The notes below the pieces were generated by a model. That model searched no databases, was not told where the DNA came from, and worked only from the letters and a program-made list of their open reading frames with translations. A program made the position numbers and the translations under genes. Shown here one piece after another: positions 1 through 27,649 of a DNA stretch of 64,000 bases. How positions within the stretch are numbered: the stretch's first letter is position 1; each line of letters begins with the position of its first letter. The DNA lies in assembly GCF_009914755.1 (NCBI RefSeq), contig NC_060930.1. The stretch is one strand, 5' to 3'. The DNA is from the human T2T-CHM13v2.0 reference genome, Homo sapiens.

Positions 1-280
1 AATTCTATCAAACATTTAAGGAAAAAATTATACCAATTTTCTATAATCTCTTCCAGAAGACATACTTTCTTTTGTTGTTGTTGTTATTCAGTGTTAATTT
101 CATAATCATAAACTTAATGCTGCAATCCAGCTAGGCATGGAAGGGAACAAGGAAAACATGAAACCCAAAGGGAACTGCAGTGAGAGCACAAAGATTCTAG
201 ATACTGCGAGCAGATGGATGGAGGGTGCTCTCCTGAGCTACAGAAGCAATGGTCTAGTGGTTAAGATAAAACACAAGTCA

Positions 281-588
<308 letters not shown>

Positions 589-757
589 TCAAGTTGTGTA
601 CAGTCAGCGATGGTGATCTTCTTGATGGTCTTGCCATTCCCAGACCCGAAGTGCTCCATGGCCTCCACAATATTCATGCCATCTTTCACCTTGCCAAAGA
701 CCATGGGCTTGCCATCCAACCACTCAGTCTTGGCAGTGCAGATGAAAAACTGGGAAT

Positions 758-1057
<300 letters not shown>

Positions 1058-2230
1058 GAAAAACCGGGAATCATTTGTGTTGGGTCCAGCATTTGCCATG
1101 GACAAGATGCCAGGACCTGTATGCTTTAGGATGAAGTTCTCATCATCAAATTTCTCCCCGTAGATGGACTTGCCACCAGTGCCATTATGGCGTGTGAAGT
1201 CACCACCCTGACACATAAACCCTGGAATAATTCTGTGAAAGGAGGAACATTTATAATCAAATCCTTTCTCTCCAGTGCTCAGAGCACGAAAGTTTTCTGC
1301 TGTCTTTGGAAACTTGTCTGCAAACAGCTTGAAGGAGACACAGCCCAAGGGCTCACCATTGACAGTGATGTTGAAGGACACGGTGGGGTTGACCATGGCT
1401 GATAGTATGGGGCTCCTGATGGTGGCGTCTGCAAAGCCAAGACAGACACTTTCTATCTCATTTCATGAGGCCGGGATTCCATGAGGGAATACTTTCTAAC
1501 TAATTCCATGAGGCCAGCGTTAGCCAAATACCAAAATCAGATGAAGACTTCACAAAAAAAGAAAACCACAGACCAATATCTCTCATGAACATAGGTGCAA
1601 AAATCCTCAGCAAAATGCTAGCAAATCAAATCCACAATGTATGAGAAGAACAATACACCATGCCTAAGTAAGATTTATCCCAGGTATGCAAAGTTACTTC
1701 AACATTGGAAAATCAGTTAATGTAATCCATTAAATCAACTGGCTAAAGAAGAAAATCACATGATCATATCAATAGAGGCAGAAAAAGCAATTGACAACAT
1801 CCAACACCCATTCATGATGATTAAAAAAAAAAAAATCTCTTAGCAAGCTAGGAATAGAGAAGACCTTACTCAACTTGATAAACAACATCCACAAAACTTC
1901 CACAGCTAACATCACACTTAATGGTGAGAAACTAAAAGCTTGCCTGCTAAGATCAGAACAAGGCAGGAATGACCCTCTCAACACAGCTTTTCAACGTTGT
2001 ACTGGAAGTCCTAGCTAAAGTAGTAAGACAAGAAAAGGAACTAAAAGGTATACAAATTTGGAACAAGAAATAAAACTGTCTTTGTTTACAGACGATATGA
2101 TTGTCTATGTAGAAAATCAAAAAGAATCCACACATAAAAAACTCCTGGAACTAACAAGCAATTATAGCAAGGTTGCAGGATATAAAGTTAATATGTAAAA
2201 GCCAATCACTTTTCTATGTATCAGCAATGA

Positions 2231-2545
<315 letters not shown>

Positions 2546-2956
2546 CAGAATTTGCCATTTAAAACACAATACCACTTACATTAGCACCCCCAAAAATGAA
2601 ACACTTAGGTACAAATCTAAGAAAATATGTACAAGATCTATATGAACAAAACTACAAAACTGACAAAAGAAATCAAAGAACTAAACAAATGGAGAGATAT
2701 TCCATGTTCATAGTCAGGAAGGCTCAATACTGTTAATATATCTGTTCTTTCCAACTTGATCTGTGGAATGAATGCAATCTCAATAAAAAACCTCAGTAAG
2801 TTATTTTGTGGATATTAACAAACTGATTCAAACTTTATATGGTGAGGCAAAAGACCTAGCCAGCACAATATAGGAGAAAAATAAAGTCAAAGACCACCAC
2901 TACCTGACTTAGACTTTCTATAAAGCCATAGTAATCAAGACAGAGTGGTGATTAGC

Positions 2957-3830
2957 ATAGCCATTGTGGGAAACGGTATGGAGGTTCTGCAAAAATTTTA
3001 AAAATAGAAATACCACATGATCCAGCAATCCCACTAATGGGTATATATCCAAAGGATATGAAATCAGTACGTTGAGATATTTGCACTCCCATATTCATTG
3101 CATCATTATTCTTTTTTTTTTTTTTTTTTCCTTTAGAGATAGAGTCTATGTTGCCCAGGGCAACTCCTGGCCTCAAGCGATCCTGCTGTCTCAGCTTCCC
3201 AATTATCTGGGATTATAAGCACGAGACACTGCACCTGGCTGCAGCATTATTCTCAATAGCCAAGATATAGAATCCACCTAAGTGTCCATCAATGGATGAA
3301 TGGATAAAGAAAATGTGGTATATATAAAAAATGGAATACTATTCAGCCTTAAAAAACAAAATCCTGTCATTTGTGACAACATGGATGAACCTGGAAGACA
3401 TTATGTTAAGTGAAATAAGCCAGGCACAGAAAGACAAATACAATCTCACTTATATGTGGAGTATAGAAAAAGCCAGACTCATAAATAGAGAGTAAACTGG
3501 TGGTTATCAGAGGCTGGGAGGTCGGGGAATTGGGGAGATGTTAGTCAAAGAACACAAGATTTCAGTTAGGAAGAATAAGTTCAAGAGATCTATTGTACCT
3601 TATGGTGACTAAACTTAATAACAACATATTGTGTATTTCAAAATAGTATGAGAATAGCTTTAAGCATTCTCATCACATACACACAAAATATGTATGTGAG
3701 GTAATATACATATTATTAAATTGTTTGGTTTATCCATTCCACAATGTGTGTGTATGTATGTGCATATATATATAAACATGATGTACACCACAAATGTATA
3801 AAATTAGTCAATCGAAAAATTAATTTTAGA
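2957..3830 (+). mobile_element. 5'-truncated L1 3' end (L1MA/L1PB-like) nested in the older L1; contains a partial Alu at ~3113-3240
   Basis: ORF2 C-terminal/3'UTR motifs (CCAGCAATCCCACT, ATGGATGAATGGATAAAGAAAATGTGG, ATGGAATACTATTCAGCC); TSD-like AAGACAGAGTGG at 2937-2948 and 3831-3842. Confidence 0.75.
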
Positions 3831-4428
3831 AAGACAGAGTGGCATTGGCAAAGAATAGACAAATTGATCCACTTGAGCAGAATAGAGAGCCAAGAAATAG
3901 TCCCACATAAATACAAGGAGCAAAGACAATACAATAAAGATAGTCTTTTCAGCAAATGCTGCTGGAACAACTGGACAGCCATGTACAAGAAAAATGAAAA
4001 GAGCTCTCTTAAAAGGTTACTGTGAAAGCCACCTGTGACAGTAACAGAAAGTGCCCAGAAGGGTCTCTGACACTTAGTAATGTAATCTCTCTCACTGTAA
4101 TGTAATGGCTAAACTTCAACATCCCTCAGCCCCCATCTCCATAAGACTTTCCCATAGAGGCAACAATGATTCCTGTCAGTCACCCAGTCCTGCCAATCCA
4201 CTGGGTAGGATACAATATTGAGGGGCCCATCAGCACACTGGCCTTAGGGGGCTCTGCAGCCCCTTGACCTTGTGGATGATGCTGGCCTTAATCTCCTCTT
4301 GTCCGTGGCTAAAGACAGGCCCCTTCTGCGGAGGCCAGGCCAGAATGCTCATCTGATTAAGACTCTATATTAAGAGTCAGGAATAACAAAAACAACAATA
4401 AATAAATAAACACAGTAACATAATCTAT

Positions 4429-5367
<939 letters not shown>

Positions 5368-5402
5368 CTAGGTATTCTGGTTTATGTATTTTTTTAGCTT
5401 AA

Positions 5403-6730
<1,328 letters not shown>

Positions 6731-7568
6731 TAGTTGTGGATTGTTTAACCATATACTGCATAGTTTCGCTTATCTATAATAACAGTAGTTTGGGGCTCTT
6801 ATATTCTAATAATTAAGACTTTAGCTGTGTACACATTGCAATTAAAGTATGAGTCATGCATAACCTTATCACCAAGATACAAGAGGGAAAGCCCTTCTCC
6901 CCTAAAACTTTTACAAAGGTTCTGGGTTCTTTTTCCACTTAAGTGGGAAAAAGTCAGCTAATGAGGAACGTAAAGTCTTTGGCCTCATCTAAAGGTGCTT
7001 TGGCCCGCAAGTGTGAGAAGCACTGACCGCTGGGAAGTCCTCACTGCCTGGTTCCTGGACTCTTACACCATGGCAGAGGCCATCTTCCCTCCCAATGCAG
7101 AGTGATATCCAGATAGCGAGCTGGCTAGCAGCTGTCCACTCTCCAGCAATCCTGCCTTCTGGGGCATGGTTTTCTAAGGACCTTCCTGTTCCTAGATGAT
7201 CAAAATTGGGACCAGCCACTCCCTTCTGAGCCACTCCTGCCTCTGGGCCTGTGGCTATGTCACAGTCCAGTCACAACAGGACATCCCTTCAGAACACCCT
7301 GCAGGAAGCTGACATCTCTATGCAGACTCACACATGCACGGTGTGTGCACAGGCCTTTGGTTCTACTTCAGGAGGTGTTGGGGGAGGCTCACTAGTCCAA
7401 CAGAACTTGAGGCCAGTTGTACCAGTGTCATATCCCAGGAGCCAAGGTTACAAGGGATACAAAGTGCCCAGACCTACCAGAGAAGGCAAACCCCTACAGC
7501 ATGCAGGGCTAGACAGGGGCAAGAAACAAGGTCATTCTGGGCCAGCAAGAAGAGGGAAAGGGAAATGA

Positions 7569-8595
7569 CAGGCATACCTCGGAGATACTGAAGATTTGTT
7601 TCCAGACCATAGCAACAAAGTGAGTCACACAAACTTTTTAGTTTCCTATTGTGCATAAAAGTTATGTTTGTACTATATTGTAGTCTGTTAAGTGTACAGT
7701 AGCATTGTGTACAAAAAACTGTGTATATACTTAATGGAGTCTCGCTCTGTCACCCAGGCTGGAGTGCAGTGCCACGATTTTGGCTCACTGCAACCTCCGC
7801 CTCCTGAGTTCAAGCCATTCTCCTGCTCAGCCTCCCAAGTAGCTGGGACTACAGGTGCCCATCACCATGCCCAGCTAATTTTTGTATTTTTAGTAGAGAT
7901 GAGGTTTCACCATGTTGGCCAGGCTAATCTTGAACTCCTGACCTCAAGTGATCCACCCACCTCGGCCTCCCAAAGTGCTGGGATTACAGGCGTGAGCCAC
8001 TGTATCTGGCCATATACTTTAATTTTAAAATACTTAATTGCTAAACAAATGCTAACCATCATATGAGGCTTCAGCTAATCCTGATCTTTTTGCTGGGGGA
8101 GGGTCTTGCCTCCATGGATCAGGGGCATGGCTGCTGAAGGCTGCTTTGACAACTTCTTAAAATAAGACAATGATGTTTGCCATTTGCCGCATGGATTATT
8201 CCTTTCAATATTGTTGTGCCTCAGGGAATAGGGAGGCCTGGAAAGCAGAGTCGGGAGAATGGCCAGTTGGTGAAGCAGTCACAACACACACATTTTTCCA
8301 TTAAGTTTGCTGTCTTATATGAGCATCGCTCATGGTGTCCCAAAACAATCACAATAGTTAACTTCAGTAACTGATTACAGGTCACTGTAACAAGTATAAT
8401 AATGAAAACGCTTGAAACATTTTGAGAATTCCACAGCGTGACATGGAGACATGATGTCTGCCTGCTGTTGGGAAAATAGCACCAATAGACCTGTTTGATG
8501 TGCTTGACACAGGGTTGCCACAAGCCTCCAATCTCTAAATAAAAAACAGCATCTGCAAAGAGCAATAAAGGGAAGCACAATAAAAGGTACATCTG
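7569..8595 (-). mobile_element. Internally deleted Tigger1-type DNA transposon with an Alu insertion (~7733-8011, -)
   Basis: Left TIR CAGGCATACCTCGGAGATA at 7569; degenerate right TIR AGGTACATCTG ending 8595, preceded by GCAATAAAG..CACAATAAA subterminal repeats typical of Tigger1. Confidence 0.8.
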
Positions 8596-8847
8596 CAAAG
8601 GGGAATCAGCACTTAAGCAAGGTCAGGATGAGCTTTCAAGTCAGGTGGACCTAGACATGAACCCTCCAGGCCCTACCAACAACCAGCTGTGGACCTTCGA
8701 GCACATCCAGCCTAGAGCTGCCCCCAACAGACACTTCCCCAGTGAATGCTGAATGAAACCATCTGAGCCAGTTTCCTCAGGTGCAAACCAGTGAGGTAAT
8801 TCCTACCTTGCAGAGTGAAGTGAGAAAACAGTGTTAAGAAAAAGGCA

Positions 8848-9836
<989 letters not shown>

Positions 9837-10110
9837 TCACAGACCTGTGGTAGGCTGGGCACCAGTGCTCTAAAGCAAGTTCTGCCTAAACTGGCAGGGA
9901 CATTTTTCACATCAGGAACAGGAGTTGTTCCTGGACTCTGTCTGGGGCCAGGCTGGGAGAGACGTGGGGCAGAGTGGGGCAGGGGCAGGGGCAGGGCTGG
10001 GGGCTGGGGCCTGGGCAGGGCCAGGCACTCAAGTGAGGCCAAGTCCTGGAGCGAACCAGTTCCTGGTGGCCGTTGGACAGCTCACACAGCTCCCGGCCAG
10101 GTCACCCGCG

Positions 10111-11031
10111 ATGGTCCTCCCTCTGCCCTGGCTCTCTCGGTACCATTTCCTTCGCCTCCTTCTGCCCTCCTGGTCCTTGGCACCCCAGGGCTCCCATGGG
10201 TGCTGCTCCCAAAACCCCAAAGCAAGCATGGAAAAGCAGACCAACTCCAGAGGAAATGGGAAGATGACGTCCCCTCCCAGGGTAAGTGGCACCACAGGTA
10301 GGAACAGAGGGTGTGAGAATTTACACTGGGGTGTGGGAAAAAAAAACCCTCAATCCCACCCTGCACCACCCCACACCATGCCTACCCCTGCAGCTCTTTT
10401 CTTAGTTCAGCTACCAACTCCTCTCCCCACCTCCCCCAGCCCAGACCTCAGGGTTCCCTTCCCTCACCCCACCCCCACCCACAACAGCACAGTCCACAAA
10501 GTCCTTGAACAGGATCTATTCCCCCTCACCTAACAGTTAATTATTTCTTAGCGGGGAGGAGCGGCTGATCCTCTTTCCAGTGACCCCATATCCTTGTTCA
10601 AGGAAGCCAGTTACAGCCCCTGGGCCAGGGAACTCTATTTGCTCCCCCTACTACCACCCACAGGCCTATGCCCAAGACAGGAAGCTACCTGGCCTTCTCA
10701 GTACAGGTGTCCTTAAATGACCGGTTCAAAAACGAATAGGGAAGGTGGAATTTCTCACTTCCAGCCACAGCCTGCGACAAAGCTTCCCAGGGCCTCGGCC
10801 CCCTGCCCTGGCTGATGCTCCCTCCCTTAATTCCCTGACCAGGGCCCTGGGACCCACCGCACAGCTGAGCTGGCCCGAGCTGAAGAGTTGTTGGAGCAGC
10901 AGCTGGAGCTGTACCAGGCCCTCCTTGAAGGGCAGGAGGGAGCCTGGGAGGCCCAAGCCCTGGTGCTCAAGATCCAGAAGCTGAAGGAACAGATGAGGAG
11001 GCACCAAGAGAGCCTTGGAGGAGGTGCCTAA
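10111..11031 (+). CDS. MCCD1: Mitochondrial coiled-coil domain protein 1 (119 aa), 2 coding exons: 10111-10281, 10843-11031
   Basis: MVLPLPWLSRYHFLRLLL...MTSPPR|GPGTHRTAELARAEELLEQQLELYQALLEG...ESLGGGA*; GT at 10282, AG at 10841-10842; AATAAA 11297-11302. Confidence 0.93.
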
Positions 11032-11529
11032 GTTTCCCCCAGTGCCCACAGCACCCTCCGGCACTGAAAATACACGCACCACCCACCAGGAGCCTTGGGA
11101 TCATAAACACCCCAGCGTCTTCCCAGGCCAGAGAAAGTGGAAGAGACCACAAACCGCAGGCAATTGGCAGGCAGTGGGGGAGCCAGGGCTCTGCAGTCTT
11201 AGTCCCATTCCCCTTTGATCTCACAGCAGGCAGGGCACCCAGGCCTTATAGGAATTCACCCTGGACCATGCCCTAAAATAACCTCACCCCAAATACAATA
11301 AAGGGACGAAGCACTTATAGATACCACAGACACATGTGTTTCATTTTTAGTTTTGTTAAAAAAAAATTCTGACAAATCAGAAATGGGGGTTCAGGAGTGG
11401 TGGTGATGCAAAAGATGGAAGCCATGGGGTGGGGGCTGTCAGGGGTGGGGGCAGTAGTGTCTCCTTCACCCCCACCCTGGTGTCCTCTCCTGAAGGACAG
11501 ACGGTCACATTCCAAAATGGGCGAGTCTT

Positions 11530-21625
<10,096 letters not shown>

Positions 21626-22193
21626 AACTGGGCCGGCAGGGGAAGAAGGGAAGGGGGATCTGGATGGGTTCTCGCAAAATAGGTGAAAACAAGGGGTGAA
21701 GAGTAGGGGATTGAGGAACAGCAAAGGAAAACAAAGATACTATTTCTAACAGAAGAGCTGGAGGGGGGAAAAAAAAAGCAAGACTTAATCACGAGCACAG
21801 CCTTCACCACCTCTTTTCCATCCCCAGTTCCCACTTTCCCTAAACCAGGAAACTTTTACCTGGAAAGAAAAACAGATACAAAACATAAAAACGAAAAGCA
21901 AATATAACAGAACAGAAAAAGCAGTACCAGGGAAAGTGGTTAGGACAGAGGTTCCCAACAAGATTAGCAATCACAGTAGCGGAAACCAGAAAAGTTGGAA
22001 GGGGAAGACCAACTTATAAATTCTTGATCTGAAAGTAACAGTGAGGAAATAGAATAGATAATAAAAGGTAAAATATGACTAATAACTTAGTAAAGTGGAA
22101 AATGGAGATGACAAGTAGAGTCCTGAAAAGTCCTCAAAGGAAGACTCCGCTTTCCCTATTATAATCCCACCGTTATGGATGCCTAACTCAGCA

Positions 22194-22270
22194 GCCATCA
22201 GTCAAGGGTGATAGATGAGGGTCATCACTGCGCAAAGCGCTCACCTTTCGAAAAGAAAACATCATATGGC
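22194..22270 (-). ncRNA. SNORD84: Box C/D snoRNA SNORD84 (U84) in DDX39B intron 1
   Basis: Minus strand GCCAT-ATGATGT (C box)...GTGATGA (C')...TCTATCACCCTTGA-CTGA (D box)-TGGC; terminal stem GCCAT/ATGGC; guide nearly identical to SNORD117. Confidence 0.92.
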
Positions 22271-23399
22271 CGCCGTCCACCTCCCATAGCTCTCAGCCTC
22301 CCACTTCTCAGTATCCTCCCTTCCGCTGTTTAAGCAAGCCTTGTGTAATTAGCATGGGGGGGAGGGGCGGTGCAAGACAAATGGCTCGGCCACAAAAAAA
22401 CAAAATTCATGTCTCCACCCTACAATAAGAAAGCTAATAGGTGACAGAGAAAGGCAATCCCCGCCCAGGCTTTAACAGGATCTTTACCAAGTGGTCTCAC
22501 ATCACTGTTACGCTACGAAGGTGAGACTCCTTTTGGAGAAACATACAATGACACCAATCGTATCGTAAACACTTGGAAGGCACTCCAAATTAAGTTGGGC
22601 AAGTCAAGGTGAGAAAAATCCAACTGGGCCCAGAAACCAGCTCCTCCTCCCAGTCCCACCGAGGGCCGAAAAAGAGCTCAAGAAAGAACAAGGAAGGTGA
22701 GAAGAGCCCCGCCCTCCGCAAATACCAAGACCAAGGGACGCCGAGCACCGCCTCTCATTGATGCTGAGGCCTCCAATATGAGAAGAACCCATTGGAAGAA
22801 GGGAGCAAAACGAACACAATGGCGCCGAGGACACCATCTTGGATTGGGTCCCCCCTTAGCTTCCCTTCCTTCCCCCAGGAGCTCTTTGCTCTCGAAAGGG
22901 ATGCAAGCTAAGGAAATAGCGAACCAACTAGGCCCCAGCGACCAGACCATCGCCTGTGAAAAGGGTATCAGGAACCCATGTGACGGGATGGGTGCGGAGA
23001 AGCGCAGATGGAAACGGATTGTAGCGAAGGCCAAAGCTTACCTAAACAGGGAGAGCGCGTATGGCGGCAGCAACAGCGACGAAGGAGGGAAATCTGCCTT
23101 CACTTCCGGTTGCAGGCTTCCCTCTACTCCAGCCTCCCGCCTTCTTGGCTGCAAGAGCGCAGGCGCAAGGGACCGGAAACAGGGCCTTCCGCGGTTATAC
23201 AGATCCGTGCGCTCCAGGCTTGCCTTTGGAAAATGCCTGTCTGAAATTTGTTTTAAAACCGTTTCTAACTTCACTGCTACCTCCAGTAACAAAAGATATA
23301 AAGGAAACTAACGTCTCCCCCCCACTGTTATCTTTATTCTCTTATCCTACTCCTCTCCATGCCCCTCATCTCTTCGTTTAGGTTTTTGCCACGCAGGTC

Positions 23400-24235
<836 letters not shown>

Positions 24236-24687
24236 TTAACATACTTAATCATTTAATACTAAGGAGTAGGTACCGTTATTCTCATCTTATTGACAGAAGC
24301 GAAGCAAAGCAACATATCTCAAGCAGTACGGCTGGTGAGGTTACAGCCAGGATGCAAACATCTCTCATTCTCTATTGTATTCTGCCTCCCTGCTCAAAGA
24401 ATCTGGTTAGTAAATACACTGCAGGTTACCTTATTGGTTCAAATTCTTGGTGAAGTAAGCTTGTCTTCAGTGACAAATGAAGTAACTAATTCAAGAATGG
24501 TGTCATAGAAGGTATTTTCCCAAGTATCATTTAATTTATTCAAAAGTATTTATCAACTGCCTCCCTTGTGCCACATGTTGTCCTAGGATCTGGGGACACA
24601 ACGGTGAACAGCCCTGTTCTCACAGTGTTTACATTACAGGAAAGAAAACACATAAACACAAATATAATGTCAAGTATCGATAAGTGG

Positions 24688-25500
<813 letters not shown>

Positions 25501-26499
25501 GTGACTGAAAATGAGAAATGATGAGGCAAAAGGAGGCTGCTTCAACTCACCAATTTATTTGCCAATAATTATTTTATTGATACTTTTTTTATTGTTACAA
25601 TGGGAAAGTAAGGTGTCAAGGATATAGAAAGGAAGGGCATGCATATGAGGGAACACAGTATCATTTTAGATCTTAGAAAGCAATGAGCATCTGATAAGTC
25701 TTTGGGGAAATAGGAAAGGAGGAAAATCTAATAAAGACAAAGATCAGCAAAAGAAAAACAAAGAGAGGCTACAAAATGCAGTTATCTACCTGGAATTATA
25801 AGAGAGGGGCTAAATGTAGTCATCTCCTCTTTTTGGAGATCAGAAGGTCTCTGGGAAAAGAGAAGAACCAATTTTTCAGAAAATAACTAGGGTCACAGAA
25901 TGAACAAGTGGAATTAGAGAGCCAGTGATGGACGTGAGGAAACAGCTGTGTAGGTTTTGACCAGTGAGCAGGTGGTGGTAATAGTATCACAGGGTTGCTA
26001 CTTACTGAATCACTGCTACAACATGCAAGGAACTGTGCTAGACTTTACAGAATGATTCCTAATCATTGAAGCAACCCTCACAAGGTAGGCATTATTATCA
26101 TCCCAGTTTCACAGAGGAGGACATCGAGGCTACCAAGTTAAGTAGCTTGTCCTGGTTTCACAGCCAGCAAGTGACAGGGTCAAGAGAGGGACCCACATCG
26201 GCCAGACACTGAAGTCAGGATGTTTTCCACATTCCTACTTCCCCATATTACAAATTTCACAGAGGGTTTAGGTGAGAATGACTTGGAAGTTTACAAAGTC
26301 CCAGTGAGGGTTAAAGAACAACAAGGAGATTCAGATGTGAGCAGGATATTTATAAGTGTCACAGGAAAATTATTGGATCCTGCCTCCCAGGATTTCTAGG
26401 GGATGGAAAGAAGACAGGGATTATGGTGGGAGGTGATTTTGATTGGAGGATTTCTTTGAGGGAGGGAACTGGCAGAAGGAGTCAGGCCCTACGGTGGCC

Positions 26500-27647
26500 C
26501 TAGGCAGAAATCCGGTAGTTGGGGTGGACCTGGGGCCTGACGTCGCAGACCATGCCAAGAAGCTGGGCCAGGACACGCTCTCGGTTTCTCTGCTGGGAGC
26601 TCTGCATGCCCTGCACCTGGCGCCTTGTAGCCTGCTCCACCTCAGCAGACAGGTTCCCCTGGGAGCCCATGGCCTGGGGGGTAGGGAGAGGGGTGGAAGA
26701 GAGAAAGGGAAAAGCAGAAACAGACAAGGGTCCAGGCATATGAGGGGAAAGATCCTGAAACAAAGCCTAGAAGAAAGGCCCTCTCAGAAACCACCCCCAT
26801 CCCACAGAAATATCCCAACACCAAAGAGATCAACACAGTCCCCTTTCCCCTTAGACCTAACATGCAACTTCATACTAAAACAGACCGTAATATCCCCACC
26901 ACCTCACCATCCATGACCATAAAACTCTACCCTCCACCACAAATGTTAATCATACTCCACATAGATGTTATACTTTACACAGACTGTGGCATTCCGCCCA
27001 CAAGCTCTATGTGGCCTTCAAAACTCCCAGACTCTCCTACATATCATCACAAAGTTTCACCAATGTTGTGGTCCCTGCCAGGGTCCCCTCAGCCTCAGCC
27101 CTCTGCCACCATATTTTCTTGTTGAGTCACCCTTACACACCTCACTAGATGCACCCACCAACTTGCAGTGGGGTCTCATCCCGACTCTGCCTCAACTCAC
27201 CGCCTGCTGCTTGCTCTGGAATTCGTGCTCTCGCTCTCTGCGGTATTGCTCCACCTCCATCTGTGCCTCCTCCTTTGCCTGCTTCAGTCGCCGGGCCTTC
27301 CCTGGAGGCAGAAGAAAGGACAGTGAGTGGGGATGGACCCACACACACACAATGTAATAGCAGGAGTCAGTCCCTTCCAGAAAGTTATACAGCCTTCTCT
27401 CAGCCAACCAGGTGCCAGATTCTAATATCCATCCATTTCTTCCCTCCTAACCAGCCTCCAGACCCTAGCTGTCTTCCCGCCAGCCTTGGGTTTTCCCAAA
27501 ATGTTTGCTGTCCCCCACCCCCAATTTTCTTTCCAAACTCCTAAGGGAGGAAAGAGGAGACTCACTCTTTCTGGCATCTGCCACCTTCTCAGCTGCCCGC
27601 TTCTCAGCTTGCAGAAGCTGCTGGATACCTTGGGACTGACTGGCCAT
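26500..27647 (-). CDS. ATP6V1G2: V-type proton ATPase subunit G2 (118 aa). Exons 27566-27647, 27201-27301, 26500-26673
   Basis: [70 protein letters not shown]...HPNYRISA*; GT-AG introns; minus-strand AATAAA at 25578-25573 and 25559-25554. Confidence 0.96.
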
Positions 27648-27649
27648 TT

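Noticed and set aside
9925-10533. 202-aa ORF overlapping MCCD1 exon 1
   Set aside because: Non-ATG start through a G-rich repeat and read-through of a consensus donor; the spliced 119-aa MCCD1 explains it.
22697-23311. 204-aa plus-strand ORF over the DDX39B promoter
   Set aside because: Stop-poor CpG-island sequence antisense to exon 1; no recognisable domain.
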